A stretch of DNA of 64,000 nucleotides from a virus (taxonomy: Duplodnaviria > Heunggongvirae > Uroviricota > Caudoviricetes), in IMG/VR virus record IMGVR_UViG_3300037400_003188, positions 57,014-121,013 of that record; one strand, 5' to 3'. The notes beneath the pieces are model-generated. The model saw only the letters and a program-made list of their open reading frames with translations, was not told the origin of the DNA and ran no database searches. Made by a program: the position numbers and the translations under genes. Positions 9,571-19,035 of this stretch are shown one piece after another; within the stretch, counting starts at the first letter, position 1, and each line of letters starts with the position of its first letter.

Positions 9571-9640
9571 GAAAACTTTTGCAAAGATACAACTTTTTTT
9601 TGATCTATAAAAATTTTGGAGCAAAAATTTTCATTTTCTT
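9571..9640 (-). promoter_or_regulatory. class-B conserved upstream element, copy 1, between tRNA genes
   Basis: gcaaagatacaac...tctataaaaattttggagcaaaaattttcatttt, one of 7 near-identical copies. The minus strand reads TATCTTTG, which matches TAnnTTTG. Confidence 0.5.
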
Positions 9641-9714
9641 GCAGGTGCGGTAGGATTCGAACCCACGAAGACTTTCGTCCACAGTTTTGGAGACTGCTCG
9701 CGTTGGCCACTTGC
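9640..9714 (-). tRNA. tRNA-like gene (anticodon arm unresolved)
   Basis: The acceptor arms GCAGGTG / CACTTGC pair with one G-U. T-arm GGATTCGAACCCAC. The internal folding was not resolved by eye. Confidence 0.3.
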
Positions 9715-10158
9715 ATACACACCAGTATTAAAAAGATACCCTGAGAAGATTTTGTTTCTATGTTTCTATCTACCCAGGGTATTTGTTTGTTATATTTACC
9801 AATCTACTTTTAGTTAACAGAACACATAGAACAAGTTGAACGTCTAAACCAATAGCCGCCTTTCAATCCGTTATATTTGAAACACTTATTCATCATGTTA
9901 TTCTTTTTGTTTTAAAATTAATTACTACCCATTTTTTTAATTTTATTAATCTGTTCCCATATTATTTATGGTATTTTGTTTTCTTTTTCAATTATAAATA
10001 TACAAATAATTTAAAAAATATCAATATAAACTGATTTTTTTATTATTTTTTTTTGATCAACTTTTATTTTTACTCCTTTGACTAACTTGTTTTGTTACAA
10101 GATATACAAATTCGACAAACACTACAAATGTAATTCTCTAATATAATACCTTTCATAA

Positions 10159-10458
10159 TTATCGATGCGAACCACCTTCGCTTGGTCTTTTATTCCAGTT
10201 TAAGTGATATGTTTTAATTGTATCATTGCCATACGTGTGATATACCTCTACGTAATGCGCCTTTCCGTCCAATACATCGCCCTCTGTTGGCGTTTCGCCA
10301 ACCATTATCCCGCCAATTGTGATAAAGATCATGAATGGGATCCATGCCCATAACCAATAAGCATTCCACGAGGCAAATGTCATAGTGGTGCAAAATATTA
10401 ATCCCGTTACCGACATAGCAAGGAAAATAATTCCAAGTACAAATTCTACTGTTATCAT
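10159..10458 (-). CDS. small membrane protein
   Basis: 99 aa with two to three hydrophobic segments. Confidence 0.4.
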   Translation of the reverse strand: MITVEFVLGIIFLAMSVTGLIFCTTMTFASWNAYWLWAWIPFMIFITIGGIMVGETPTEGDVLDGKAHYVEVYHTYGNDTIKTYHLNWNKRPSEGGSHR

Positions 10459-10475
10459 ATTCTGTCTTATTTTTT

Positions 10476-10721
10476 TTAAAATCCGTAATAATCTCTTGTA
10501 ATGTAGTTGTCGTCTCCAAGAACCAACTTCTTCACATCATTAGCAAATCTAGTTTGTTTAGAAAGAATATCAATTGCATCGTTGATAGTCGTATTCCCAA
10601 CTTTGCCCAGTGCTTTATATAGGCTTTCTAGTATGCTATTAATCTCATACTCGCGTTCTAACTGTTCGCTTTCCTCTCTTGTTATAGAGAAAGATTTGTT
10701 TTTATTAAAATCGTATTCCAT
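10476..10721 (-). CDS. hypothetical protein
   Basis: 81-aa ORF. Confidence 0.35.
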   Translation of the reverse strand: MEYDFNKNKSFSITREESEQLEREYEINSILESLYKALGKVGNTTINDAIDILSKQTRFANDVKKLVLGDDNYITRDYYGF

Positions 10722-10726
10722 GTTGT

Positions 10727-11320
10727 TTATGGTACAAAGTACTGCACCGCATTATTTATTATTGTTAATATATCTAATAATTCGTCTTTTGTTACAAATT
10801 TTTGAATTACTCCAGATTCAAAACTGTTAACCTCTTTAACATTCGCGCATTCGCCAATTTTCCAGAATAGTATTTTGCCTTCTATTGGCACGATTTGTAT
10901 TTTAGCATCAGTTGTTTTTGATAAATGGTCAGATAATCGTATTTTAAAACTGTGTACGGAAAAATATACACTTTGCTCTGATTTACTCTTATTAACGCTA
11001 AACTTTGTTAACGCGCGTTGCATTACGTTTGCTAGAGTAAAATCGTCGATATCATTTTTTAGTTTAAATACGGTTTGTTTTCCTTCTTTTTGTGGTATGA
11101 ATGAAACAATATCGCGGTCTGGATCTTTTGGAAACCCAGTAGTACCATCTTCATTCAAGAAACCACATCCGCAAAAATGATATTCATAGTTAACACCATC
11201 TTGTGTTATTTGGCAACGAGTGAAACCATCACTTGAAAACTTTATCCCATTTCTAAGGACAAATGCACCTTTGAGTTCTCCACTAATAACCTGTTCTGCA
11301 ATTTTTTTAAAATTATCCAT
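10727..11320 (-). CDS. hypothetical protein
   Basis: ORF 10727..11356 trimmed to MDNFKK. The annotated N-terminus MYLCTRFQNL is translated from the class-B upstream repeat via a non-ATG start. Confidence 0.45.
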   Translation of the reverse strand: MDNFKKIAEQVISGELKGAFVLRNGIKFSSDGFTRCQITQDGVNYEYHFCGCGFLNEDGTTGFPKDPDRDIVSFIPQKEGKQTVFKLKNDIDDFTLANVMQRALTKFSVNKSKSEQSVYFSVHSFKIRLSDHLSKTTDAKIQIVPIEGKILFWKIGECANVKEVNSFESGVIQKFVTKDELLDILTIINNAVQYFVP

Positions 11321-11328
11321 ACACACTA

Positions 11329-11396
11329 AATTTTGAAATCTGGTGCAAAGGTACAATATTTTTTTAATATATAAAAATTTTGGGGAGAAAAAAAAT
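11329..11396 (-). promoter_or_regulatory. class-B conserved upstream element, copy 2
   Basis: aaatctggtgcaaaggtacaat...atataaaaattttggggag, immediately upstream of 10727..11320. Confidence 0.5.
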
Positions 11397-11743
11397 CAAA
11401 ATAATGGTTTTCTCGCTCTTTTTAACTGCTCTTCGAACCACTTCTTATGTTTTTCAAATGATTCTTTGATGATTTCATTGCGATGTTCATTAATGTAGTT
11501 ACGTGCGTCAACTTCTGTTTTATGAACTAATTTCTCTGGAACATCAAGAAAACACCCAGGACCCTTTGTCCAACTTCCATCATACAAACCGTTCTCATGT
11601 TTGGTTATTATTACTTCATATACTTCTGGTTCGTTAAGCGGCGCATTTTGGTCACCGTGTACATCATGCTCTATTAAATAAGCAATGTCGTTAACTTTAA
11701 TTTCTTTATCTACAATATCCATAATCTCCATCATTTTGTTCAA
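11396..11743 (-). CDS. hypothetical protein
   Basis: 115-aa ORF. Confidence 0.4.
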   Translation of the reverse strand: MNKMMEIMDIVDKEIKVNDIAYLIEHDVHGDQNAPLNEPEVYEVIITKHENGLYDGSWTKGPGCFLDVPEKLVHKTEVDARNYINEHRNEIIKESFEKHKKWFEEQLKRARKPLF

Positions 11744-13010
11744 TTATATTCATAAATCTCTCAATTGCATTGTTCTTCGTTAACATACTATCTGTTATTT
11801 CTGTGTCTATTGATACGCCTTCTGCTTTCCTACATCTACTCAATGCTGTGTATAACTGGCCTGTTTGAAATATCTCTTTGATATGTAATACTACGTTGTC
11901 AAATGTTAATCCCTGTGACTTGTGTATCGTTACCGCATAAGCAAGTGTTAGTGGAAATTGTGTACATGTGCCAGTTACAAATTTATTTATGACAGTTTTT
12001 ACTTCACCATTTTCAACTTCACTTGTTACGTCGTACTTATAACATTCAGTTTTTTTTGCTTCAAGGAAAACTATATTTTTTTCGTCTGTCTCTATCTTAA
12101 TGTATTCTGGCTTAATGTCTCTTACATATCCAAGTGTACCATTATGATATTGTCCAGCATCCGTATCATTCATAGTAATCATTACCCTGGCACCTTCTTT
12201 TAACCTTAATTCAAGGTCGCAAATTGCGTTCTTTGGATTAAAGTCTCCTGTTAGCACGGCTCTAATGATATGTGTTGGGTCTCCAAGTCTTGCTACATTA
12301 TATGATTCAGCCACATTTCGTAAAGCACATAAGTGAATAGCCTTGTCTGGCTGTTTGTTTTTCATCATCTGCTTTACCATCTGTTTAGATTTGTCAGACA
12401 GTTTGCCGTCTCTAACATCTCCTAATAAGTCAATAAAATCTTTGTCTGTTTGTCTAAATATCTCCGTAAGTTCAACAGTGTGAAATTTTGTATTCTCAAA
12501 TACCCTTGCGTTAAAGAAATAGAAGTCATCATAAAACTCAGACAACACATTGCCCTCATCATTTGTTACAACTGGCGGCAATTGCATCATATCGCCAAAC
12601 ATAATAACCTGTATGCCACCGAATGCCAGACTCGATTTTTTTACACTACGAAGTCTTCTATCTATAGCATCCATAAGGTCGCACCTAACCATAGATATCT
12701 CATCAATAATTAGTATCTTAATCTTTCTGAGAATTGCTTTCTTCGCTGCTGGTAATTTCCAGGAAAATGGTTCTTCTGGATTTTGAACACCTATATCTAA
12801 TGAAAAGAGATTGTGTATGGTTACGCCTTCTGCGTTAATAGCAGCAACACCCGTAGGTGCTACTACTACACATTCTCCTTTGTGTTCACTGGTAATTTGT
12901 TTTAGTAATGTTGTCTTACCAGTACCAGCCTTACCTGTTATAAAGAGATTTTGTCCACCATCAATTAAAGAATATATGTCATCCTTTCTTTCTTCCATTA
13001 CTCCTAACAA
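11706..13010 (-). CDS. Dda/RecD/PIF1-family 5'-3' DNA helicase
   Basis: Walker A (ITGKAGTGKTT), Walker B (LIIDEISMV), and the C-terminal motif VTIHKSQGLTFDNVVL typical of RecD/PIF1/Dda helicases. Confidence 0.85.
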   Translation of the reverse strand: MLGVMEERKDDIYSLIDGGQNLFITGKAGTGKTTLLKQITSEHKGECVVVAPTGVAAINAEGVTIHNLFSLDIGVQNPEEPFSWKLPAAKKAILRKIKILIIDEISMVRCDLMDAIDRRLRSVKKSSLAFGGIQVIMFGDMMQLPPVVTNDEGNVLSEFYDDFYFFNARVFENTKFHTVELTEIFRQTDKDFIDLLGDVRDGKLSDKSKQMVKQMMKNKQPDKAIHLCALRNVAESYNVARLGDPTHIIRAVLTGDFNPKNAICDLELRLKEGARVMITMNDTDAGQYHNGTLGYVRDIKPEYIKIETDEKNIVFLEAKKTECYKYDVTSEVENGEVKTVINKFVTGTCTQFPLTLAYAVTIHKSQGLTFDNVVLHIKEIFQTGQLYTALSRCRKAEGVSIDTEITDSMLTKNNAIERFMNIIEQNDGDYGYCR

Positions 13011-13290
13011 CTACTTCTTTCTTAGCAATCTTTGGTTTTTCGATTAATTCTTGCTCTTTTTTATACAAAATTTCTTGTCTCAATTCTTTTAAGATATCAA
13101 CTTTTTTTGACGACAAAGCATCTACTTCTTTTTGTAATTCTTTGGTTTTTTGGTAATTTTCAGAGCAGATAATACTCATTTCATTTCCATCGGCTTCTAT
13201 CAATATTTGAATAGCCTCCAACTGATTTAATAGATCAAATAATTTATTGTTCATATCTCTTTTCGAATATATAATTTTCAAATTCATCAC
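12979..13290 (-). CDS. hypothetical coiled-coil protein
   Basis: 103 aa, rich in K, E and L. Confidence 0.35.
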   Translation of the reverse strand: MMNLKIIYSKRDMNNKLFDLLNQLEAIQILIEADGNEMSIICSENYQKTKELQKEVDALSSKKVDILKELRQEILYKKEQELIEKPKIAKKEVVVRSNGRKKG

Positions 13291-13549
13291 AAATATCGTC
13301 TAACGTACCATCATTAGACTCAATATCATAATATGGGCCGTCATCATCCTCATCGAAGTTTAAACCGAACACATCATGAAGAAATACGGTACAATTATTT
13401 GTAAAAAATTCCGAAATATCTTCATTGTATTCACTAATACTATCATATTCATCTGGTGATGCACTAAAGTCGTTTTTTACAGCCTCATATAAAACATCAA
13501 AATCAATAGAGACTTCTGTTTTTTCAACTTTTACTAATTCGAATGTCAT
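13244..13549 (-). CDS. hypothetical acidic protein
   Basis: 101 aa, rich in D and E. Confidence 0.35.
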   Translation of the reverse strand: MTFELVKVEKTEVSIDFDVLYEAVKNDFSASPDEYDSISEYNEDISEFFTNNCTVFLHDVFGLNFDEDDDGPYYDIESNDGTLDDICDEFENYIFEKRYEQ

Positions 13550-13552
13550 AAT

Positions 13553-14107
13553 TTACCAATTTTCTATATTTGTTAATTCTTTTTCTTCTCCACAGTAATT
13601 GCATTTAATTTTCACGTAATGTCCAAGTCCACCAGGAGTTATCGTATACGTAAATTGTTGACCTAGTGTCGAAAATGCTATTTTACCGTGTGCTTTCAGT
13701 TCTTCTTTATGCTTATGTGCCTCTCTAAATTCTTTTGCTGCTTTTGTTTCATCCTCATCCAATTCAAATACTCTTGTTTTCCTACCATCTGGGTTACAGC
13801 GCTTTTCGTACATGCCAACACATAACTCATCCCATACATGGCCACAGTAACAGCATTTAATGCCTTTGTAAATGTCTTTTTCTGAATCGGAAGATACTAT
13901 GCGCTTTTGCTTTATCTTACCGTTATCAATAAACTCGCCATTATCACCAATTGAAAACGAGCCAACTTCTTCTTCTATTTCTTTCGGTTCAAAAAGTTCT
14001 TTGTGCAATTCCGACTGAGCAACGACTAACTCATGCCCACAATATGGACATTTAAGCAAGTAGTGTTGTTGCCTATATTGTTTCTCGGCCTCTTCTCTTG
14101 TATTCAT
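13553..14107 (-). CDS. zinc-ribbon protein
   Basis: 184 aa with three CxYCGH/E...C motifs (CPYCGHE, CCYCGH, CNYCGEE). Confidence 0.4.
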   Translation of the reverse strand: MNTREEAEKQYRQQHYLLKCPYCGHELVVAQSELHKELFEPKEIEEEVGSFSIGDNGEFIDNGKIKQKRIVSSDSEKDIYKGIKCCYCGHVWDELCVGMYEKRCNPDGRKTRVFELDEDETKAAKEFREAHKHKEELKAHGKIAFSTLGQQFTYTITPGGLGHYVKIKCNYCGEEKELTNIENW

Positions 14108-14230
14108 AGATTAATCTCTATCGTTATCGTTTGTGTAGTTATTATACTCGTGGGCATTCTCATACTCACTTCTCGTCATTGGATGTCTTTTTGTTTTAGA
14201 TTTCGTATAAATAGTATACATAATGCTATA

Positions 14231-14443
14231 TTATTTATTAGGATTAGAAATTCCATTAATAAAATCATCAATTGCTTCAAGTTTAACCTCGTGTTCACAT
14301 ACTGTATCTAACATAAGAAACAGTAATTTGCTTAAAAACAACTTATCATCATGGTTAAATCGAGATAATGCATGACCTATTTGTTTGGCGGCTTCTAATT
14401 TGCCTTCTTCGGTTGTTAAATCAAAATCAAATTTCTCTTCCAT
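14231..14443 (-). CDS. hypothetical protein
   Basis: 70-aa ORF. Confidence 0.3.
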   Translation of the reverse strand: MEEKFDFDLTTEEGKLEAAKQIGHALSRFNHDDKLFLSKLLFLMLDTVCEHEVKLEAIDDFINGISNPNK

Positions 14444-14444
14444 A

Positions 14445-15290
14445 TTACAAGTTAATTATTTCCTCATTGTCTTCATTTAAATCATCGAGGTTATTAATGT
14501 TAAATGTGTAGTAACCGTAGTCTTCATTAGGTATATCTATCTCCTCATATGTTTCCTCCTCTACATCCCACAACAAGAATCCGTGACAAGATAAATTTTC
14601 ACCGAAATCCTGTTGAATGAGACTTCCACAATAAACCAAAGGAATTCCGTCGGCTTTTATACATTGCCTCTTATGTATATGGCCAAATAAACCAAAATCC
14701 ACACAATCGAAATAATTGGCTTCTAATCCACTTTCTGACACATAGCCTACATCCGTCTTGGCTGACTTTAGATCTCCGTGGAATAACGCAATATAACGCA
14801 CGTGTTCGTCACTTATACCCGCTCTGCAATGATAATCTCTAACATCAAGGATACATGGCTGTCTAAAATCATCAAATGCGGAATAAAGACACCATACAAC
14901 ATTATCGTCCTCAACAGTACCAGATTGGAAACCAAGGTCTTTGTCTAAATAATAAACTTGTTTAAACTTAGACATCGAGAAGATAACAGATAGTGGGTCC
15001 AAACGTGATAAGTTTGGAGATACATCATGATTACCAGCAAGTACAATTGTCTTACATATTTCATCTAACTGTCTAAGAAACCAAGATGCTAATGCATAAC
15101 ATTCTGGTGATAATTCTGTTTTACTATGAACCAAATCTCCAGCAATTACTATACGTGTATTCTCTGCACCATTTTCGTTAACTATTTCTTTGCATTTATC
15201 GATGAATTTTTGTAATTGGATCTTATATTCATCTAATCTTCGATAATTATGTATGTGTATATCACCTGTGTGTATAATTTTTTTGATCAT
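14445..15290 (-). CDS. Mre11/SbcD-like metallophosphoesterase nuclease
   Basis: Phosphoesterase motifs in the expected order: GDIHIH (I), AGDLVHS (II), LAGNHD (III), FHGD (IV), GHIHKRQ (V). Confidence 0.7.
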   Translation of the reverse strand: MIKKIIHTGDIHIHNYRRLDEYKIQLQKFIDKCKEIVNENGAENTRIVIAGDLVHSKTELSPECYALASWFLRQLDEICKTIVLAGNHDVSPNLSRLDPLSVIFSMSKFKQVYYLDKDLGFQSGTVEDDNVVWCLYSAFDDFRQPCILDVRDYHCRAGISDEHVRYIALFHGDLKSAKTDVGYVSESGLEANYFDCVDFGLFGHIHKRQCIKADGIPLVYCGSLIQQDFGENLSCHGFLLWDVEEETYEEIDIPNEDYGYYTFNINNLDDLNEDNEEIINL

Positions 15291-15293
15291 TTT

Positions 15294-15677
15294 TTAATCC
15301 TCACTAATTGATAGTCCAAATTTATCGCAAAATACTTTCATGTCTGACTTAAATACTGGAAGGTGTACTCTACACATTCTCATGTCTGCATCATGGCATT
15401 CAATAGGCATATTCTCCCAGTTCTTATCCATCGACGGATAGCCCTCAAATAATGTTGCCCTAAGATCGTTTATTGAGTTAACATAATATAAAAACTCTTC
15501 CAACTGTTCTGGGGTTTTTATGTTTTCTATAATATAATACCCAACTCCATCTGGAATAAGGCGAGGTTTTATCTCCGTATAATATTTACGTGCGCCATTA
15601 TCGTATTTCTCGGTAGCAGCCACATAAACGTCAATGTCAAACATTAGTTTGTCTTTATACCAAATATAATATGTCAT
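15294..15677 (-). CDS. hypothetical protein
   Basis: 127-aa ORF. Confidence 0.4.
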   Translation of the reverse strand: MTYYIWYKDKLMFDIDVYVAATEKYDNGARKYYTEIKPRLIPDGVGYYIIENIKTPEQLEEFLYYVNSINDLRATLFEGYPSMDKNWENMPIECHDADMRMCRVHLPVFKSDMKVFCDKFGLSISED

Positions 15678-16108
15678 AGTCTATTCTTTATTTCGTTAAT
15701 TATTTCTTCATTTGTTGCTAAATGAGATAATCCACATATATCACACATGAACTCTTTAAATTTATATGAAGATAATTCTTGTATGTATTTTGATACATTA
15801 TCTAATTTTACTGGATAAACGGCATCTTTGTCAAATATTTCGTATCCGTGACTTGTTAACTCGCTTATCATTTCGTAATCATCAAAATTTGCAAGAGTTA
15901 TATCATCCTCCTCAACCAGGCCATAAGACTCTGGATCAATTTCGATATCAAAATCGTCACTTCGCCACCGTTCTTCTCTTTCTGCCTGTTTTATGTCGGC
16001 AACTTGTAGCTCTTTTCTCTCTTTAAGTTCTTCCTCCAGTATTGAAGTCGGTATCTTATCAATAATATCACTGGAACTTATGCCAATATCAACTGTTTTC
16101 CAACTCAT
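15674..16108 (-). CDS. hypothetical acidic protein
   Basis: 144-aa ORF. Confidence 0.4.
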   Translation of the reverse strand: MSWKTVDIGISSSDIIDKIPTSILEEELKERKELQVADIKQAEREERWRSDDFDIEIDPESYGLVEEDDITLANFDDYEMISELTSHGYEIFDKDAVYPVKLDNVSKYIQELSSYKFKEFMCDICGLSHLATNEEIINEIKNRL

Positions 16109-16141
16109 AAAATATTTTTTTTGTTTAAATATACATTTTTT

Positions 16142-17188
16142 TTAAAATACTAAATCAAATTCGTCGTATTCTTTTTGTTTTTTTAGCAACTCAATAACAC
16201 CTTTCTTTCCTTCGTGTTCGTATAACTCGCTCATATCCTTATAGTTACAGTCCTCGGCCATGTTTATATACCTAATCTTACCCTTTAGTCTACCAAAGTT
16301 CAATAGCATATAAATACGCTTCGTTTCATCCTCATGCGTATCTCCATCAAGTACAATGGTAATAGTCGAATTGGCTTTTGAATACAATGCTCTATATAGT
16401 GCGGTGTCTTTTGTTAGTACCTTACCTAACATCGAAATACCATTAAGTGGAAACCTCATTGCGTCGAACGCACCCTCGCAAAGATATATCGGAGCATCCC
16501 AGTCAATCAATGATTCTTGGAATACTAATTCCTTTTTGTCTGCATCACAGTTTCTATATTTAATTTTACCTTTACCTGTGAAATCTCGGCCGATAAAATA
16601 GTTCAACTCTCCGAATTGATCATACGAAGGAATAATAATTCTATTCCTAAAAGCAAAATCCTCTCCATCCCACTCTGTGTAACCAAGATTGAACCTATCA
16701 ATCATGCCTTGATCTATTTTTCTTCTCTCCAAATAATTCAATAGAGATGAATTTCTACATGTTGATATGTCTATCTTTTTGAATGTCTTTGGTAGTTTGA
16801 CTGCTTCTTTCTCGATAATTGTCTCCGTTGCACCAGTGAATGCATCTATATCGTACATCCTCGTTTCGAGAATAGTCTTCACGCACTCCTTAAATTCTTT
16901 ATATATGTCAGCAGTTCCGTATTCGCGGATTAACTTAAATACGTTACCCTTCATACCTCTATCACGGCTAGAACATTTCCAACAGTTAAATACGCCTCCA
17001 TGATTTAGGTCTTTCTCAAAAGACACCTCTAGGTTGTATTTACCATCGGGAACACCACCATTCTCTTCTGCACAACATGGACAGTTGAAGATGCGCTGGC
17101 CCTCAATATCACTACCATACCTTGATTTCGGTTCTCCAAGGAACTCAATCAAGAGATCTTCCATTCTTTTTATCTCTGGTATTTTCAT
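16142..17188 (-). CDS. DnaG-like DNA primase (zinc finger plus TOPRIM)
   Basis: N-terminal zinc finger CPCCAEEN...FNCWKCS. TOPRIM motifs LCEGAFDA and IVLDGD. Confidence 0.75.
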   Translation of the reverse strand: MKIPEIKRMEDLLIEFLGEPKSRYGSDIEGQRIFNCPCCAEENGGVPDGKYNLEVSFEKDLNHGGVFNCWKCSSRDRGMKGNVFKLIREYGTADIYKEFKECVKTILETRMYDIDAFTGATETIIEKEAVKLPKTFKKIDISTCRNSSLLNYLERRKIDQGMIDRFNLGYTEWDGEDFAFRNRIIIPSYDQFGELNYFIGRDFTGKGKIKYRNCDADKKELVFQESLIDWDAPIYLCEGAFDAMRFPLNGISMLGKVLTKDTALYRALYSKANSTITIVLDGDTHEDETKRIYMLLNFGRLKGKIRYINMAEDCNYKDMSELYEHEGKKGVIELLKKQKEYDEFDLVF

Positions 17189-17192
17189 ATTC

Positions 17193-17212
17193 GCAACAAA
17201 TATACAAAAAAA
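17193..17212 (-). promoter_or_regulatory. class-A promoter-like motif (TTTGTATATTTG on the minus strand)
   Basis: The plus strand reads caaatatacaaaaaaaa immediately upstream of the primase start. The minus strand reads TATATTTG, matching Bacteroidetes -7 TAnnTTTG. Confidence 0.45.
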
Positions 17213-17230
17213 ATAAGGAACTTTCGCTCC

Positions 17231-18661
17231 TTATTTCTTGTTTTCGCCAACTAATTCTTTTCTAATCGGTGCGTCCGTTTTAAAATACTTCTGCATTACA
17301 CCTCTTGGATTAGTTTTAGAATACTGGACACTATCGTCACCATTTCTTTTTGCTATTGCGTAATTCTTTTTGTATTTATCTTTCCCTGCACCGTGCGTTG
17401 CTGTTACTACGGTATAATCTTTAATATTATCAACTGTTCTGTCTTCGGCATCAACTCCGCCCTTCATATCGTGGCAAACGGCACATTGCACTCCGCATGG
17501 AGATTTTACTTTATTTAATATAGACGTTAATGCTTTCTTGTCGACATCGGACAAATTCTTTTTATAGTTATTTATTATTTTGTCGTCATCTGGTAATGTT
17601 TCGTTGTTTCCTAATATACCTCTACTTTGTAAGAACTTCTCAGTTGCAATTAATTTATTGTATCTCCAGAAACTACATGGGCAAACATAATAATAACCAG
17701 AACCTCCGTCCCAACTTCCCTTATGTAATAATGGGATGGATGGCAAGCCAGTTTCTTTATCAACTAATGGTGTCTCAACTTTTAATCTTTCCGCTTCACT
17801 AGTTGTTACTTCGCATACATCACAATAAGCGTTTTCTAAATTAGTGTTTGGATCTGCGCTAAATCCGTTCCTATTCATTGGTATACCATGAAAATTTTGA
17901 ACAACAGAGCCGTCGCTGTGAGGTATATCATTTCTGGAACGATTTATTTTTATTATTTGGTCGATTGGCTTACCATTAACAACCTCAGTTGGATCTACAT
18001 CTTTGGCTGTATATGCCATTGAGATTATTCCGTATTTTTGTTTCATCTCATCAGAGAACTGAGCAGCCATAACCAATATTTTCTGATTTGGGAAATCACC
18101 AATTTCGTTATATCGTATAAATCGAACTGGATGTTTTGTCTTGGCAAATTCTTCTACATATAATCTCGCTAAATTAAAATATGCACTCATTTTACCTTGT
18201 TTTAACGCCTGGGCAACAAATTGTTGAACTATTAGGTTTTTTCTCCTTGACATTGGAAGTCTATCTTCCCCAGCAGCGCCAAAACAAGCGGCTTGTGATA
18301 TTGGGCATCTGTTAATTGAAGGGCATCCTAACGCAGAGGTAAAATTAAGTATTAGCGTATCATCTGAAAGTTTTGCATTGCCTAATGAGAATATTCCTGA
18401 AGGAACATCCAAATCCTTATTAACAGTTTCTTTTCTTCCTACATTTTTAAAATAACGATTTGTCAACGCTGTATTCTCTTGTCCATACTCATCACCAAAC
18501 ATATCCTTCGCAGCATCTGTTGTTGCATTCAATATACGATCATTCGACACCTTATTTAGGCGTTTTATATCCTCTGAGATACAGTATCTAAATTGTGCTT
18601 CTGTTAAATATATCTTCCTCATTACTTCAACTTTCCCTTTTTTGATTCTTCTTCTGTCCAT
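17231..18661 (-). CDS. large Cys-rich hypothetical protein
   Basis: 476 aa with several Cys clusters (CPISQAACFG, CDVCEV, CPCSFW, CGVQCAVCHD). No family recognised. Confidence 0.45.
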   Translation of the reverse strand: MDRRRIKKGKVEVMRKIYLTEAQFRYCISEDIKRLNKVSNDRILNATTDAAKDMFGDEYGQENTALTNRYFKNVGRKETVNKDLDVPSGIFSLGNAKLSDDTLILNFTSALGCPSINRCPISQAACFGAAGEDRLPMSRRKNLIVQQFVAQALKQGKMSAYFNLARLYVEEFAKTKHPVRFIRYNEIGDFPNQKILVMAAQFSDEMKQKYGIISMAYTAKDVDPTEVVNGKPIDQIIKINRSRNDIPHSDGSVVQNFHGIPMNRNGFSADPNTNLENAYCDVCEVTTSEAERLKVETPLVDKETGLPSIPLLHKGSWDGGSGYYYVCPCSFWRYNKLIATEKFLQSRGILGNNETLPDDDKIINNYKKNLSDVDKKALTSILNKVKSPCGVQCAVCHDMKGGVDAEDRTVDNIKDYTVVTATHGAGKDKYKKNYAIAKRNGDDSVQYSKTNPRGVMQKYFKTDAPIRKELVGENKK

Positions 18662-19035
18662 GAACGAAAAGCCAAATTACCTTTTAGGTACGCCTCCGCT
18701 TCAAGTTTAATTAATGCTTTATCTTCGGTTATTCTATCACCAGAATAACCAGACTTTGCAATAATACCTTTTGCGTCTTGGATGTAATGATAACATTCAT
18801 GAAAAAATGATCTACCAATATCTTTTTTATGCCTTCCATCCATAAATAATACTATTTGTTTTGACACTGGATCGAAATACCCAGTTCTTATAAACATATC
18901 ATCATTTTGTTTCATATAGTTAAGGATAACAGTTGGGTATTTAATCTTTGGCATTTTAAAATATCCTTTAATAAAGTCAAACATCTGTTTAAATGTTTCT
19001 TTATAATATTTTATTTCTTTGTTGCTTGGTTTCAT
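18622..19035 (-). CDS. hypothetical protein
   Basis: 137 aa with a FFHECYHY motif. Confidence 0.35.
   Translation of the reverse strand: MKPSNKEIKYYKETFKQMFDFIKGYFKMPKIKYPTVILNYMKQNDDMFIRTGYFDPVSKQIVLFMDGRHKKDIGRSFFHECYHYIQDAKGIIAKSGYSGDRITEDKALIKLEAEAYLKGNLAFRSWTEEESKKGKLK

Noticed and set aside
10727-11356. Shared N-terminus MYLCTRFQNL on two unrelated ORFs (10727..11356 and 33335..33574)
   Set aside because: It is not a shared signal peptide. It is the class-B intergenic repeat translated from a non-ATG (TTG) start. The true starts are the internal Met codons MDNFKK and MENETT.
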